Assembly (NCBI RefSeq): GCF_009914755.1
Contig: NC_060928.1
Source of the DNA: the human T2T-CHM13v2.0 reference genome, Homo sapiens
Length of the DNA stretch: 64,000 nt
Strand: one strand, 5' to 3'
Every line of letters starts with the position of its first letter. The first letter of the stretch is position 1. A program made the position numbers and the translations under genes. The notes under the pieces are model-generated. The model did no database searches. It was given only the letters and a program-made list of their open reading frames with translations, and had not been told where the DNA came from. Of this stretch, positions 1 through 17,255 are shown one piece after another.

Positions 1-860
1 GAAGCTGTTACTTCGATATTGCTTCTACATCTTTCTCTTTTTTCTCCTTATGGAACTTCAATTAAATCAATAAAGTGAGACAAGCTCACTTGATTCTCCA
101 TGTCTCTCAAACGCTGTAGTATGTTTAGTCTGTCTTTATATTGTGCATTTCTTGATCATTACTTCTGATGAACTCTGTCTTCAGTCATGTCTAATCTGCT
201 ATTAAACTGGTTTGTTGAGTTTTCCATTTTATTTTGTTTTTAGAAGTTGTTTCTTTCAAATTTTTGTTATGTCACTTTGTGTATTTTCCTCTTTCCTGAA
301 GATATTTGCAAGCTTGTCTTTTATGTTTTTAAACATAGTGAATTTTTTTATCTCTGTGTCTGATAATATTGGAAGGTTTTGAACTCGGTTCTTATGCTTG
401 TGGTTTCTACTGTTTCCCTCTCATGGAGCTTTTCTTTTTCTTGTGTCCTTTGATTGTGGATTGTTTATATTAAAAGTTTATTTATACAAATATAAATTGA
501 GGTGCAAAATTAAGGTGCCGCCTCTAGAGAAGTTTTGTATTGCTTCTGTCAGGCAGCAGCAAGTACCAGTCTGGGATTACGGCTTAACCATGATCATGGT
601 TCCAGGTTTCTTGTTCCACCAGGGTGATAATGCTTCACTGTTTTCTGAAGTTACAGTCCTTTGGAACTCCAGCTTACTGAGGAGAGCTTTTCCTAGTAGA
701 ATCTCCACAGTGTGTGGGCCTTGCGCTTTGATTTTATTCTCCTGGGCTGCCAGATGCCATCAGGGAAATCCTGCTTCTGTGCTGGCTTTTCCCTCTAGTC
801 TCTACTTTTCCTTCAGTTTTGGCCTGGTAATCGCTTTATATCTTGGGATCTTTTTGATGC
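1..860 (-). mobile_element. Degraded old L1/HAL1-like ORF1-region remnant
   Basis: T-rich sequence resembling antisense L1M ORF1 (e.g. tttttctccttatggaacttcaatta...ctccatgtctctc); boundaries approximate. Confidence 0.4.
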
Positions 861-864
861 TTTA

Positions 865-2490
<1,626 letters not shown>

Positions 2491-2501
2491 CCAGCTACTC
2501 A

Positions 2502-2606
<105 letters not shown>

Positions 2607-3169
2607 TCAAAAAAAAAAAAAAAAAAATTGATCTGACAATTTTAGTCACCTTCAGTGAGAGGGCGATCTTAAAAACCTTTTTAGCTGTTGTTGGCTGCCA
2701 GAAAGATCTCAACAAAATCTTGGAATCAGAAAGAAGTTGAAATAGAGGTGACTGATACAGCTATGTGGTAGAATTCTACCACTGAGCATTTTCAGAAGAA
2801 GACAATAGCATTATAAAAATTTGATTTGACCCCACAGAACTTTATGAGACTTCAGGTTCAGAGATGCCAGGTTTAAAAAAAAAAGAGTAGAGGTGAGATG
2901 TAGGACCTAAAACAGACTGATTGTGTAACACTGACAGTAGGTGCCTACCCTCCGGTGGCAGATAGGAGGTTTTTACTCTGAAGAAATTGAACTGTCTCAG
3001 GCTTCCACATGCTGGCCGTAGAGTTTCTCCCAGACCATCCCCCCTCGGCATCTCCTTGCCTACCCATCACAAAGTGAAATCCATTGATTAAAACACTGTT
3101 CGTATACACAGGACTTTCAATCATTTTATGTGTGTGTCTGCCTCATGTCAATATGAACAGGTGACTAAG

Positions 3170-3830
3170 AAACAGTAAAGAAGGTAGAAAATTTGCTTAA
3201 GGGAGAAATAAATCCAGAGGAATCAGGGATAGCACAGAGAATCTTAAAACTCTCATCTCTTAGATAAGAAGAATATTAATGCCTGTAAAACAAGAACAAG
3301 ATAAAATGAAAAGATAAAAGAGAACAAGAACGATCTCTTGAAAAGCAAAAATACAATACCTGCGAAAAGCAACAGAAGATCTTTAGATGGTATAATGAAA
3401 AGTTTTAAGATATGGAAAATAGGAGAGAAGATACGAGACTTAAAGAAGCAGACAACTAAAAGGTGTTCCAGGAAGAGAGAAAGCAAATGGAGAGGAGGAC
3501 TTTATAAAACAATATAAGAGCTAACTATGGCAGATTTCTAGATCAAAAGGGCACCTTGAATGCTTTTAAAATGAATGAAAAAGGCATATAACCATTACAT
3601 TGTAATATGCTAGGGAAAAAGAAAGTTTCCAAAGAGAAAATGTAGATTGCTTTCAATGAAGAAAAACTCAGCATTGTCATTGGATTTCTCAAAGCAACAT
3701 TGATTGTTGGGAGACGATCAAGGAATCACCCCAAAATTTGAAAAAAATGAATTCAAACCCATGTAATTGCTAAATTAGCTAAATATGATCATAGAGACAA
3801 GAATGGGAAACTGAGTATTTGTAGGGAAGA
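3170..3830 (+). mobile_element. Degraded HAL1/L1M ORF1-like remnant
   Basis: A-rich; ggatttctcaaagcaacattg...aaaatgaattcaaaccc resembles the ORF1 3' region of old L1/HAL1. Confidence 0.45.
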
Positions 3831-4464
3831 AGAGCTTTTATTAAAAGACTTTTATTTAATATTTTACCTGAAGTATATACTAATTTGAAAAAAATTAGCA
3901 ACAGTAAAATAAGTAAATGTAAAAAACAAAAAGCTTCATAATACAGACATTTTTGGAATAGTGTGAAATGGTATTCTTCCTCATTCTGTCGTGTCTTATT
4001 TACTGCTCTGGTCTGTGAACAAGAAGAATGATCTAGTTCACCGTTTGAGGACTTTTATTTTTTTGCGCCAAATCATTCTATACATCTAAAATTTGTTATA
4101 ATGTTTGGATATTTCTGTCTGAGATGGTTTTAACTGATGTTTAAAAATTTGCTAATTTTGTATTAAAAGCATCAATTGGGACAGATTTAAGATATTCCAC
4201 TTTGAGTATCTAATTTGATGCTTACTTCTGGCAGTCACTGAACTCTTAACAGTTGAAGTTGCTGTTGGCTCACTAGGATTTTAATTAGGCAGCTGAATCC
4301 CATATGTTTATGTGCACTACTTTGATTTCTCTAGCATGTTTATTTGGGTGGTTGTGGCACTTTAGCACCCTACCTTCCCAGGGGACACACAGACAGTCTG
4401 AGAATTTGGTATATGAAATAACCACAGAACACATATCAGTTAATCAAACACCCTAGGCCCACAC

Positions 4465-4758
4465 TTTTTTTTTTTTTTTTGTGACAGAGTCTTGCCCTGT
4501 CGCCAGGCTAGAGTGCAGTGGTGCGATCTCAGCTCACTGCAACCTTTGCCTCCTGGTTCAAGCGATTCTCCTGCCTCAGCCTTCTGAACAGCTGGGACTA
4601 CAGGTGCCCGCCACCATGTCTGGCTAATTTTTGTATTTTTAGTAGAGACGGGGTTTCACCACATTGGCCAGGATGGTCTTGATCTCTTGACTATGTGATC
4701 CACCCCCCTCGACCTCCCAAAGTGCTGGGATTACGGGCATGAGCCACCGTGCCCAGCC
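4465..4758 (-). mobile_element. Alu (AluSc-like)
   Basis: Poly-T then antisense dimer; TSD aggcccacactt at 4455 and 4759. Confidence 0.95.
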
Positions 4759-5595
4759 AGGCCCACACTTCTAAAACCTAAATGGTAAGTGTTGTAAATT
4801 TTGTACATTCGTCTTTATCAGGTTTGTTGCTCTTGTTCCTTGTTTCTCATTCTCATTTCAATACTAATATTCATTCACATCACCTCTTTAAAAATTATTG
4901 CGCTCACTTCCTTTCTTATTTTTACTTTCAATCTCTAGTGTTCAATGCCTCTTGAATAGCATTGCTAAAATTATTTACCAAAAATATTGCTTTAATATCT
5001 CTCTCCTGCTCTAAGATCTTCAGTGTTTTCTTTTTTTCTTATTTCCTTTAACTAGGGAAATAATCTCCAAAGCGAGGGGTGTGGACCCAGGAGATGTGAA
5101 GGACAATCCATTGGCCTAGGCAAGAATGTAGCCAAACTTTTAGTTCCTATTTCCACACTATGTAAATAATTATATATGTGTTTAACTAAAAGGGAAGAAA
5201 AGTTAAATTTTGCTAATGTTTCCTACACAGATATTGATACAGGAACTATCTTTCAGACTGTATGTCAGATGATCATGTATTGCTTATGGTATCTGAGATA
5301 TCTGGAATTAATGATTGGAGTTCAAGTGCTGAGAGGATAGCATTGGTACTGCGTTTTTTTTGGATTAGCTTCTAGCATATTGTGATATTTTTCTATTTAT
5401 ATGTATCTGGTTATGGACTTATTATTTGATTTATGTATAGGCAAGTGGCTTAAAAAAATTTCAGGAAAGAAAACACAGATTGTAGAGAATAGTAATTGCA
5501 AGTATAAGAGAACAACAAAAAGGCCAAGGTGTTACTTTTATTCATGGTGTGAAAACTTTGTAAACCACATTATGTAGTAAAAAGAATGCAACTAT

Positions 5596-5853
5596 GACCG
5601 GGCCCAGTGGCTCATACCTGTAATCCTGATAGGGGCAAGTCACTTGAGGCCAGGACTTGGAGGCCAGCCTGGCCAACATGGCAAAACCCTGTCTCCACTA
5701 AAAATACAAAAAAATTAGCTCGGCAGGGTGGCACAGGCCTCAGGAGGCTGAGGCACGAGAATTGTTTGAACCTGGGAAGTGGAGATTGCAGTGAGCTGAG
5801 ATCACGCCACAGCCCTCCAGCCTGGGCGACAGAGCCAGACTCTCTCTAAAAAA
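5596..5853 (+). mobile_element. Alu with internal deletions
   Basis: gaccgggcccagtggctcatacctgtaatcc...; degenerate TSD agaatgcaacta/agaatgcaccta. Confidence 0.9.
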
Positions 5854-6043
5854 GAGAATGCACCTAATCAGGTCTGACAAAGCTTTGGCCAAAAGATTCA
5901 AAATTATTGAAATAACAATTTGAAATAGGAATTCATCTTATATTTAATAATAAATTTCAGTTTAGGCATGTATTGTGCTGGAGATTTTAGTTAATGGTAT
6001 CAAGGCATTAAATTAGCAAGATATTAATAAACTAAACACATGA

Positions 6044-7600
6044 AAAGGACAGATTCAGGTTCTGTGGAGCTTGAATCTGTGCTGATTTTGGAGGACTCTA
6101 GGAGAAAAAAATATAAACTTGCAAATGCAAAATCAGATGAACATCTATTTAGAATAAGAAATCACAACAGATCACTCATTTTAAGAAGCAGGAAATACTA
6201 CAAACACAGGATCCAAAAAAGTAGCAATATTCTTATAAATCAACTGCTGACATGCCTCTATCATACGTTTTTTCTGTATTTTGTTAGCTGCATCTTTGCC
6301 TTTTCATGTGATGATTATTTTGTAATGTTTTCTAAAGATAGATAGATCATTTCTTTAGCACGGCTCATCAAAATTTGTTTTTTATAGCTGAAAATAATTT
6401 GCTATTAGTACTGTTATATAGATTTCTTAAATTGTGAAATTTTGGGGAACCTCTTTCATGTTTCTTTATATATGAGCTGTAATATTTCAATGATGTGCAT
6501 ATTTTATCATGCAAGACTAACTTTAAATCCTCTTTGAACTAATAAATACTAGTCTGAGAAAATTCAAATGTATTTAAAAATTGCTGTTATTTTGTAGTGA
6601 GCCACATAATTATATAATCAAATTATTCTCATGTTATGTTTTGACTTATGAATAAATATGTGCAGGAATTATGTCATAAGAATACTTGTTTCTTTTATTT
6701 GTTCTGCTATTTGGTGGCAATTTTGTATGCCATGTTATTTAGAATTACCAGATTTCACCAGGACAAGATAAATGAGACATCCTAAGATGTGTTCTTTTAA
6801 GTTGGGAAACATAGAACATGTGACTTTGCATATAGACATACTTATTGATTGTAGTATTGCTACAGGTTTGTGATAAATTATGAACAAAGGAATAATAAGT
6901 TCTATTTTATGTGATTACAGTAAAAGTAAAACTAAAAATTTATGGTTTACTTTGAATATGATGACTTAAAATATGTAATTCATATTTACTTAAAATATGA
7001 ATATGAGGAGAGAATTTCTAGTGAGAAACAAATCTTTTGCTTATAATTTCACATATCTTATGACTCAAAACATTTTCAACAGACTAGCTTCTGGTTCCAT
7101 AATTTCAAACCTTGTTTCTTATCCACTTCCACATACTTTTGGTTCTGCATGCCATAGAACACATTCATATATGAGATGACCTTTGGTTCTGCACCTTTAC
7201 GTCACCACCACAGGTGACTCAGACAGTGGGCAGGAGTATTCCTGGAAGGCATCCTCTACTGGGATGGCTAATGATAACTTAACTACACATGGACAGCCTA
7301 GAAACCACATAAATATATCCCACTAAACCCAAACTAAATATATTCAGAGCTCTACTTCCTCTTATTCAGACCCCAAAAATGCTTTCAGCCACTTATATCC
7401 ATCATGCTAACATCGTATTAACATGAAGGGAAGTGTAAGGAAGAAAATCAGAGTGGAAAGGAATTGTAGTCAAACGATCTTACCTTAATCTCACCTTTGC
7501 AGCCTTTGTAGAAACATATGGCCATATGGATACATTCCAGGGGAGATGCCCATGCTAGCGAGGGGTCCTGAACTTAAGCTTCATGGCAAATGTGTCTCTA
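6044..7600 (+). mobile_element. MER69B-like hAT-Tip100 DNA transposon
   Basis: Start aggacagattcaggttctgtggagcttgaa and end gaggggtcctgaacttaagcttcatggcaaatgtgtctct resemble MER69 termini; length about 1.5 kb. Confidence 0.65.
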
Positions 7601-8130
7601 TCTTCAAAAAACGAAGTCAAACAGCTACACATACTATAATAATGTTTAGAGGCATTTGGTGCTGAATAAAGTATAGAACATTGCTGAACTTAAATTCTTT
7701 TGAGATGACTTCCTTATTTAAAAGTGAACAAAAATCCCACCCATATATCTTTTGGTACCTATGTCAGCCACTAAAATCAACTATTGAATTAAAATAAATA
7801 TGCCAGACTTTTGAATCACATTGTCACCAAGTGTTATATAAAGATTAACAAAAAGTATATTAAATCATATTGCTCTCATTAAAAATATTTATTTTTTTCA
7901 GAGATGACCAAAAGGACTTTGTACCATAAATAAAGATATTTAAAATAATTTTTATTTCACTTTTTAAGATATGTTATATAAAGTATATAGTATATCAGTT
8001 TGTTATACATATATGTACACAATATATGTACCTATGAACATACATATGTACATACATACATAACACCGATTAGGGTGTATGCTCAAAAGTCTTTACTGAT
8101 AAGATGTACAATTCAAAGTATTTGAGTATC

Positions 8131-9093
<963 letters not shown>

Positions 9094-9257
9094 TGACCCA
9101 AAGTTCTCCATTCTTAAGCTGGCCTGAATTACTCTCAATCCCTAAAACAAGTCTTTATATTTCTACCCTAGTGTCTTAGTATCTAAGTAAATCCTACCCT
9201 AACTTTCAACTTCGAGTGTCTCCTTTTTTTCTGGGTTACTCAAATATTCTCCGCCTT

Positions 9258-10433
9258 TGAATTAAAGACTTAAATGTAAGGCCTAAAACTATAAAAACCG
9301 TGGAAGATAACCTAGGAAATACCATTCTGGACATAGGATCTGGCAAAGATTTCATGAAGAAGATGCCAAAAGCAAGTGCAACAAAAACAAAAATTGACAA
9401 ATGGGATCTAATTAAACTAAAGAGCTTTTGCACAGCAACAGGAACAATAAACAAAATAAACAGACAACCTGCAGAATGGGAGAAAATATTTGCAAACCAT
9501 GCATCCTACAAAGGTCTAACATCCAGAATCTGTTAGGAACTTAAACAAGCTGACAAGCAAAAAACAAGAGACCTCATTAAAAAGTGGGCAAAAATCACAA
9601 ACAGACACTTATCAAAAGGAGATATGCATGTGACCAACAAGTATATGAAAAAAAATGCTCAACATCATTAATTATTAGAGAAATGCAAATTAAAACCACA
9701 GTGAGATACCATCATACACCAGTCAGAATGGCTGTCATTAAAAAGTCAAAAAATAACATGCTGGCAAGGTTGCAGAGAAAAGGGAATACTTATACACTGC
9801 TGGTGGGAATGTAAATGAGTTCAGCCATTGTGGAAAGCAGTTTGGCAATTTCTTAAAGAACTCAAAATGGCATTACCATTCGACCCAGTAATCCCATTAT
9901 TGAGTGTATGCCCAAAGGAATATAAATTGTTCTACCATAAAGACACACATCACATGTATGTTCATTGCAGCACTACTCACAATAGCAAAGATATGGAATC
10001 AACCCAAATGCCCATCAGTGATAGACTGAATAAAGAAAATGTGGTACATATACATCATGGAATACCATGCACCAAAAAAAAAAAAAAAAAAAAAAGAATG
10101 AGATCATGTCCTCTGTAGCAACACAGATGGAGCTGGAGGTCATTATCCTAAGTAAACTAACACAGGAACAGAAAACCAAATATTGCCTGTTCTCACTTAT
10201 AAGTAGGAGCTAAACATTGCGTACACGTGGACACAAAGAAGAGAAAAACAGACACTAGAGCCTACTTGAGGATAGAGGGAGGAAGGAGGGTGAGGATTAA
10301 AAAACTACCTATGGGGTACCATGCTTATTACCTGGGTGATGAAGTAATCTGTACACCAAACCCTTGTGACATGCCATTTACCTATATGACAAACCTGCAC
10401 ATGTACCCTTAAACCTAAAATAAAAGTTAAAAA
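9258..10433 (+). mobile_element. 5'-truncated older L1PA (about L1PA13-16) 3' end
   Basis: ORF2 C-terminal peptides ([16 protein letters not shown]) and older-type 3'UTR ending aaacctaaaataaaagttaaaaa. Confidence 0.9.
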
Positions 10434-10521
10434 TGAATCCTCTTATCCGTCTTCAGGGACCTGTGCTTCAAAGACTCCTCTGACCTCTTCAATTGCCAGA
10501 GTTCTCTTGTAATGTTAATTA

Positions 10522-10824
<303 letters not shown>

Positions 10825-10826
10825 TC

Positions 10827-10956
10827 ATTTTGTTAAATGAATGTCACTTACTATTTTCAATATGCTCTTAGCACTTAGTGATATCATACTTATTTTGTTA
10901 AATGAGTGTCACTTACTATTTTCAATATGCTCTTAGCATTAAGTGATATCATACTT
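10827..10956 (+). repeat. 65-bp tandem duplication (2 copies)
   Basis: attttgttaaatga(a/g)tgtcacttactattttcaatatgctcttagca..agtgatatcatactt at 10827 and 10892; 3 mismatches. Confidence 0.95.
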
Positions 10957-13571
10957 TGAAGCATCTCTTTTATTGTATTATTTGTTGTAATGCGTATGTA
11001 TCTTATTTTTGCAGCTTCTCAAAGGCAAACCTCGCTCATATACTTTTGTATCCCTCACTGCACCTAACATAAGTCTATGCAAATAGTAGATCCTCTGTGA
11101 AGATTTGTGGAATCAATACCTTTTTAGGAAAACTCAAGCTGAGGGGAGATATCTTTGTAGTTGAGAGAGCTCTCTGTGAGAGGAGGTTGTGTGAAGGCAG
11201 TCATGGTGACAGCCTTTTCTTTCCAGTGACACAGTGGGAGGAAAGTTCTCCCCTGTACACATCTATCCCGTGCTGAGAATGTAATCCCCATGATGAATAT
11301 CAAGTGAGTGATACATGCTAGAATCTCAAACTATGACACTAAAGGGAAAGAATGACGAGATAATTTTGTCTTCTCAACCACTGACTTTTCTGCCTTATTC
11401 ATCATGAGATCATGTTCACTAACAACGGCGGATGGGAGAGTGGGGATCTATCTGTCCATCTCATACAAGTTTGGCATCTCTGTAGAAAGAAAAATTGACA
11501 GAAAAAGCAACTGTTTCCTTTTTAAGCATCCTTCTGTTTGCTCCTTTCTGTTTTGTCTGTTTCTGAAGTGCACTTTCGCCGTCCCTCTAAAGATGTTGGT
11601 TCTTTTATAACAGCAGAGGTCCTCCTTGCTCAGCAGTCCTCCAGGATCAAGAAACTACTCATCCTAAAAGCTCGAGATCACTGGGAACTGCGTGACTTAA
11701 ACAGATGATTAAAGACCCATTGTCTGTGCTGTAGCTGGGTTTATGATGCCTTTTCATCACGACACCTGCCAACATTTCAAGGTTCTAATTAGCTGCCAAT
11801 CAGGGTAAAAAGCTCAGAATAAGCAGCATTGTGCCTGGAATTACTATGTGGAAGTATATGCAAATTACTTGGGTTAAAGATAAAGAATCTGCACTTTAGA
11901 GAATGAAAAGCTGTATTAATCTAGGATTATTAAACATTGGTAAATGCATTATTGACCTTGTCATGATGCCAGATTGTGATCAAGAGCCATCCCAGATTTT
12001 CTGGACAGTGGTAAAACATGCTGGCTCTGGCCTGGCTAGTTCCATTTGAATAGCAGGGAGCAGAAAACCAAAGCCTATACTAATCTGAGTGTGTCTGGAG
12101 TCCCGAGCCCATGAGATCGGGACAAGCTCTACCCTGTGCCACCCACATTTTCCCATCTGTATCCATCTCCCACTGTGTTATCAGACACTCCAGATGGAGC
12201 TTCCTGTACCATTGTTAATTATTATTATTATTTTTTTCTGTTCACCCATAATGTCTCTGAATCTACTGGCACTGCAACTGTTGTCTTTGTTGGAAAGAAA
12301 TGATAGCCTTCCAAAATGGTGATGACGGCATATCTTTGTGAGCTTTTAGGAGCAATGTGCATACTATTTAAGTTTTAAAAAATAATAATTTTGTCCTGAC
12401 ACTTTAAAAAAGTGAATTTCTTTATAATTAGTTCCAGTGTTTAGGATTGCTTTAAAAATCACTAGTGTTTTTTCCTTTAAACAAGAAGAAAAGATTCAGC
12501 TTGTTTTTCTTGTTTGGTATTTTTTTTTGGATGAAAAGCACTATAGAAATGTAAGCTATTATTAATCCACCCCTTCTCCAGACACATGTTGACGGGGGCT
12601 CTAAAATGTATATCAGCTAACGGCATGTCTCAGCTCAAAGAAAGCTGCAAAATTATCTTGAAGCATGTTCTTCGAATTTGCCCAAAGCCTGTCTATTTCC
12701 ATGGAAATAGAAGTGGCATCCTGCAGCTGAGGCTGCTGTTGGTTTTAGCAGTTACAGCAGGTTTAGCTGGATGGATACTACCTCCTGGACAATACTTAAT
12801 GCTTTTTCCTAAGTGTTTTTTATAGCAAGGGTAGGGAATGAGTTAAATTGTGCCTGGATACAGAGGGACAGACAGAGAGATCTTGTAGATTTCCTCCAAA
12901 GCCTTGCATATTATAATAAGATCTTGATGACTATTACTTCTGTTGCAACTGCCTGCTTACTGGTATTGCATAGTAAGATGAAGAAAAAAATCATCATGTT
13001 TTGCCCAACAGCTTTACCAGCTGTGTGCCTAGTTGGAATTTTCTAAGTAATACTTCCTTTTCCACTATTGGCCACAGCTAGTGTTAACTGACCCTAAGCA
13101 ATCCAGTAATCAAAGTCTCTGTTATCATTGTCCTCTTTGGGATATTAAGTACATGCATGTGTGTATCACTGTGTTGGGCACTGCATAGGCCAGACAGAGA
13201 CAGCTAAAGGCCACTCCAATGCAGTGAACATGTGGAGGACATGGTGGGAACTAGCAAGCCCCTAACACGATAGGAGTTGACAAGCCTACAGACTTGCACT
13301 GAATGCCAATTAATGTAAGTGCATTTGATGAATTACCATTTTTTTTTTAACCAGGGTGAGATTTGTAGAAATTTGTGCAAATTTGGAAAATTTTTATTGT
13401 AATTTGGAAATGAGTGATAGCACTGAGTCCTTCTTAGTTTCGTATCCCTGAACCCCTCTAGAAGAATTGTAGGAGCCTTAGGTTGTTAACATGGGAACCA
13501 TTAAGACATCTTCTTAAGGTCTCACTTGGATCCTATTTCCTGAATAGCTCTGTGAGGCTAAGCTTTACCGT

Positions 13572-14037
13572 ATGTTTTAGTTATCTGTTCACCATGAAAC
13601 TCTGGTTTAAACAACAATCATTTGTTTGCTTATGATTATCTAATTTGGCTATGACTCAGCAAGGACAGTGTGATTCTGTCCTATGTGGTATTAACTTCCA
13701 AGATGGCTGGCTCACATAGTTGGCAAATTGGAACTCAGCTGCGGGAGTCAGCCAAGGGTGCCTTGGTTGGCAGGATTCCCAGGTTCTTCTCTGTGTGGCC
13801 AGCGTGGGCTTCCTTACAGCAAAGTGGTCCAGGGTAGTCGTATTCCTTACATTATGGCTGCCTTCCTCCAGAGTGCAAACGCAGAAGTCCCAGGCCTTTT
13901 TTAGGCTAGTCTTGGAACTAGCACAGCATCACTTCTGCCAGGTCACAAGGGTGGCTCACTTTCAAGGAGAGGGACTCCATAGATGTGAGTCCTAGGAAGT
14001 GTGACTCATTGGGGGCTATTGATGTAATCATCTCCCA
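13572..14037 (-). mobile_element. MLT1-type MaLR LTR (old)
   Basis: tgttttagttatctgtt...taaacaacaatcattt...gcacagcatcacttctgcca typical of antisense MLT1. Confidence 0.65.
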
Positions 14038-15419
14038 GTTTGGTTTCCTGATTCTTATGGCTGTCGCTGCCCTGATACCGAACTTGGCACCCCCGTTGCT
14101 CAAAGTCTTAGGGACCTGCCCTACTCTTTCTAGAACTTTCAAGGACTGAAACTCTTCTTTTCAGGCTTTGTCCTCTTGGTAGCTATCAAATACCTTGCTC
14201 TGTCTTGCTGGCACAACCATTGATTTCCCCATGAAGTTTTCTGGAGGCTGTCCTAGGCCTTTACTATGCTCCTGGCTTGCAGACAGAGTCCTGAATGCAT
14301 TGAGGTATACGGGATGGTGTGCCAAGGAGGTGGGGAACTGTGAGACATATACATGAATCATCTTACCCCAAAGTTGATTTTACCTGAAAATAAAGATTTT
14401 CAAAATTCTCATTTCAATCATTATATTTTTATATGAATTAACGTGGTTATATTATGAAATAAAATATGAGGTTCTATTGAATTTTCAAGATAAAACACAA
14501 GGCTTCAAGAATATTTAAAGCTTAGTCAGGCTGCTTGAAGCTATACTCCCAGATTCCTGGGCCAGGGGTATATTCTCCCATGTCACTGCTGGCCTGTTCA
14601 GTTTTTGTATCAGAAACTCTCCTACTGGTCTTGCTTATCATGCCATCCATCCATGTCCAGATTAGCCTATACTGTGGCCTTGGCCTTGGTGATAGTGCTT
14701 ATAAGGCTTGTTGTCTACACCAGTTTTCCTGTAAAGGGAGAAAGCTCTTTGGTGAAGGAGGAGGAAATGTACATTGTTTCTGTATCCTCATTCTGGGACT
14801 CAAATCTTGTTCTAAACTTTGCTCCATTAAAACCAGACCCTCCTACTTGCTCTGTGTACTTCTCTTGCCACTTGCTTTTCTAGCCTTTCAATATCACTGA
14901 ATACTAGAGTGTATTGCTCCGAATAGAAGCCCCAGAGGCCAGGGATTCCCTCCTCTGTTGCTGTCTTTAGCATGGCTGAGGGCCTCAGTAGCGCTGAGCT
15001 TTGGCAATTGCTCATTTCTAATTATCTGGTCTTTTGCAAAGTCCACAAGGCTGTACTAGTCCACAGGCTGAGTCTGTTACTGTGGACCCCAGTCCTACTT
15101 CTTCAATAGGGAAAGGGTAGTGTCTGGAGAGCTCAGTGCTGAATTTTAGGTAGGATGTTGGGAGTGCCAGCAAGCTTTGCCTCCTCTGTGCAGTTAAGAG
15201 CTGACCTTCAGCTCTAAACCAGCAAGGATGATGAAGCTTCCTCCTGAGGGGGATGGCATTTGGCATAAACCATAGTTAGTGCTTGCTAGGGGTTACAGTT
15301 GCCATGAGTCCATCGCTGGGCTCCGATAAGCCTTTAAGTAACTGCAGAGGAATAAAGCTGTTCTTTAGCGTAAGTTCCATGGTGTGTATGTATGTATGTA
15401 AATATTTTAAATTCAATCT

Positions 15420-16112
<693 letters not shown>

Positions 16113-16869
16113 CTCATGGTATTTAACTTCTGTCCCATCTTCATTGAAACCCAGGGAAGAATACTTGTACTCTTTGAGTTGTCGATGCCTTGCCTAGCCA
16201 GTCTCCTGAAAGAACGCAGTATTTTGGACTTTACTGAAGCCCTCAGCACTTTTGATGTTGTTCTGATTAAGTTTTCAAACCCTCTGAACTTCTCTCCTAG
16301 AGGTTCATAGTGCTGCAGAGACAGAAGAACCATAAGAGCTTAAACATTCTTTTCCCACCCATAGTGCTGTCCCTTTGGATGGGCAGCTTTAGAGCCAAGC
16401 CCTTTGTGAGCACAGGCTCAGGTGTTTACCACAAACCCTGTTTTAATACTTCTGTGTCTAGCATTCATCTTATCTCAGGGCCTTTAGCTGGGTGCTCTAG
16501 GGCTAGGGAACTCAATACTAAACAACATGTCATTGACAAACCAGAGACCAGCAGAACTGGATTCAAGCCTGATGTAGTTACAGAAGAGCCCTCATGCATA
16601 GCTGAATGCTTTTCTCACTAATCTTCTATAGGAATGTATGTTTTGAGTTCTCTTGAGAGAGAGCCAGAAGTTCACCTGCCACTTGGAACAGATTTAGAGC
16701 AGAGCTAATTTTTGCCCTTTAGTGACCACTGAAGAGTCAGTGTTAGTGCGGGGTTGCCTGTTAACCCCATGTGGTGATGTACAGCATTGTCTGAGGACCC
16801 ATCTTGGAGGGACCATGTGAGATTCCAAAAAGGACTCAAGACTCAGTTATGGTTTTATAATTTCAAGGA

Positions 16870-17255
16870 TCAGTATACTGTAAGAGTAAGGGTTCTGCTG
16901 TCAGACGAACTGATTTGAGATAGCATTTCCCCCATGCATTAACTATGTAACTTTGAGCAAGTTACATAATCTCTTGGATTCTCAGTTTCTCATTAATATA
17001 CATGTGGTAATAGCAGTACTACCTCAAGGAGTGTTAGGTGGGCTAAATGAGATGATGAGTCTGGCATCCCTCTATAATCCCTGAAATAATAATAACAGCA
17101 ATAGCATTTTTTTTGGTGCAACTTAGTATAAGGTTGGCACAGTATTAAGCACATTACATGCTTTACATACAAAGAGGCTGTATTACTATCTCCAGGGTAA
17201 TGTTAGATGAAGAAGCTGAAACTTTTGCCTAAATCCAAGGTCTATGCTCTTACTC
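16870..17255. mobile_element. Two MIR fragments in opposite orientation
   Basis: ctatgtaactttgagcaagttac...ctcagtttctcat core (+), then aataataacagc...gaagctgaaact (-). Confidence 0.6.

Larger units (their letters stand above)
5060..8130 (+). mobile_element. hAT-Charlie (Charlie4/MER113-like) DNA transposon remnant, interrupted by an Alu and a MER69B-like element
   Basis: Left end tctccaaagcgaggggtgtggaccc...caatccattgg and right end gtatgctcaaaagtctttactgat...aaagtatttgag resemble Charlie4-family termini; degraded. Confidence 0.5.

Noticed and set aside
10074-10095. Internal poly(A) inside an L1
   Set aside because: Expansion of a native A-run; the L1 continues collinearly with no TSD
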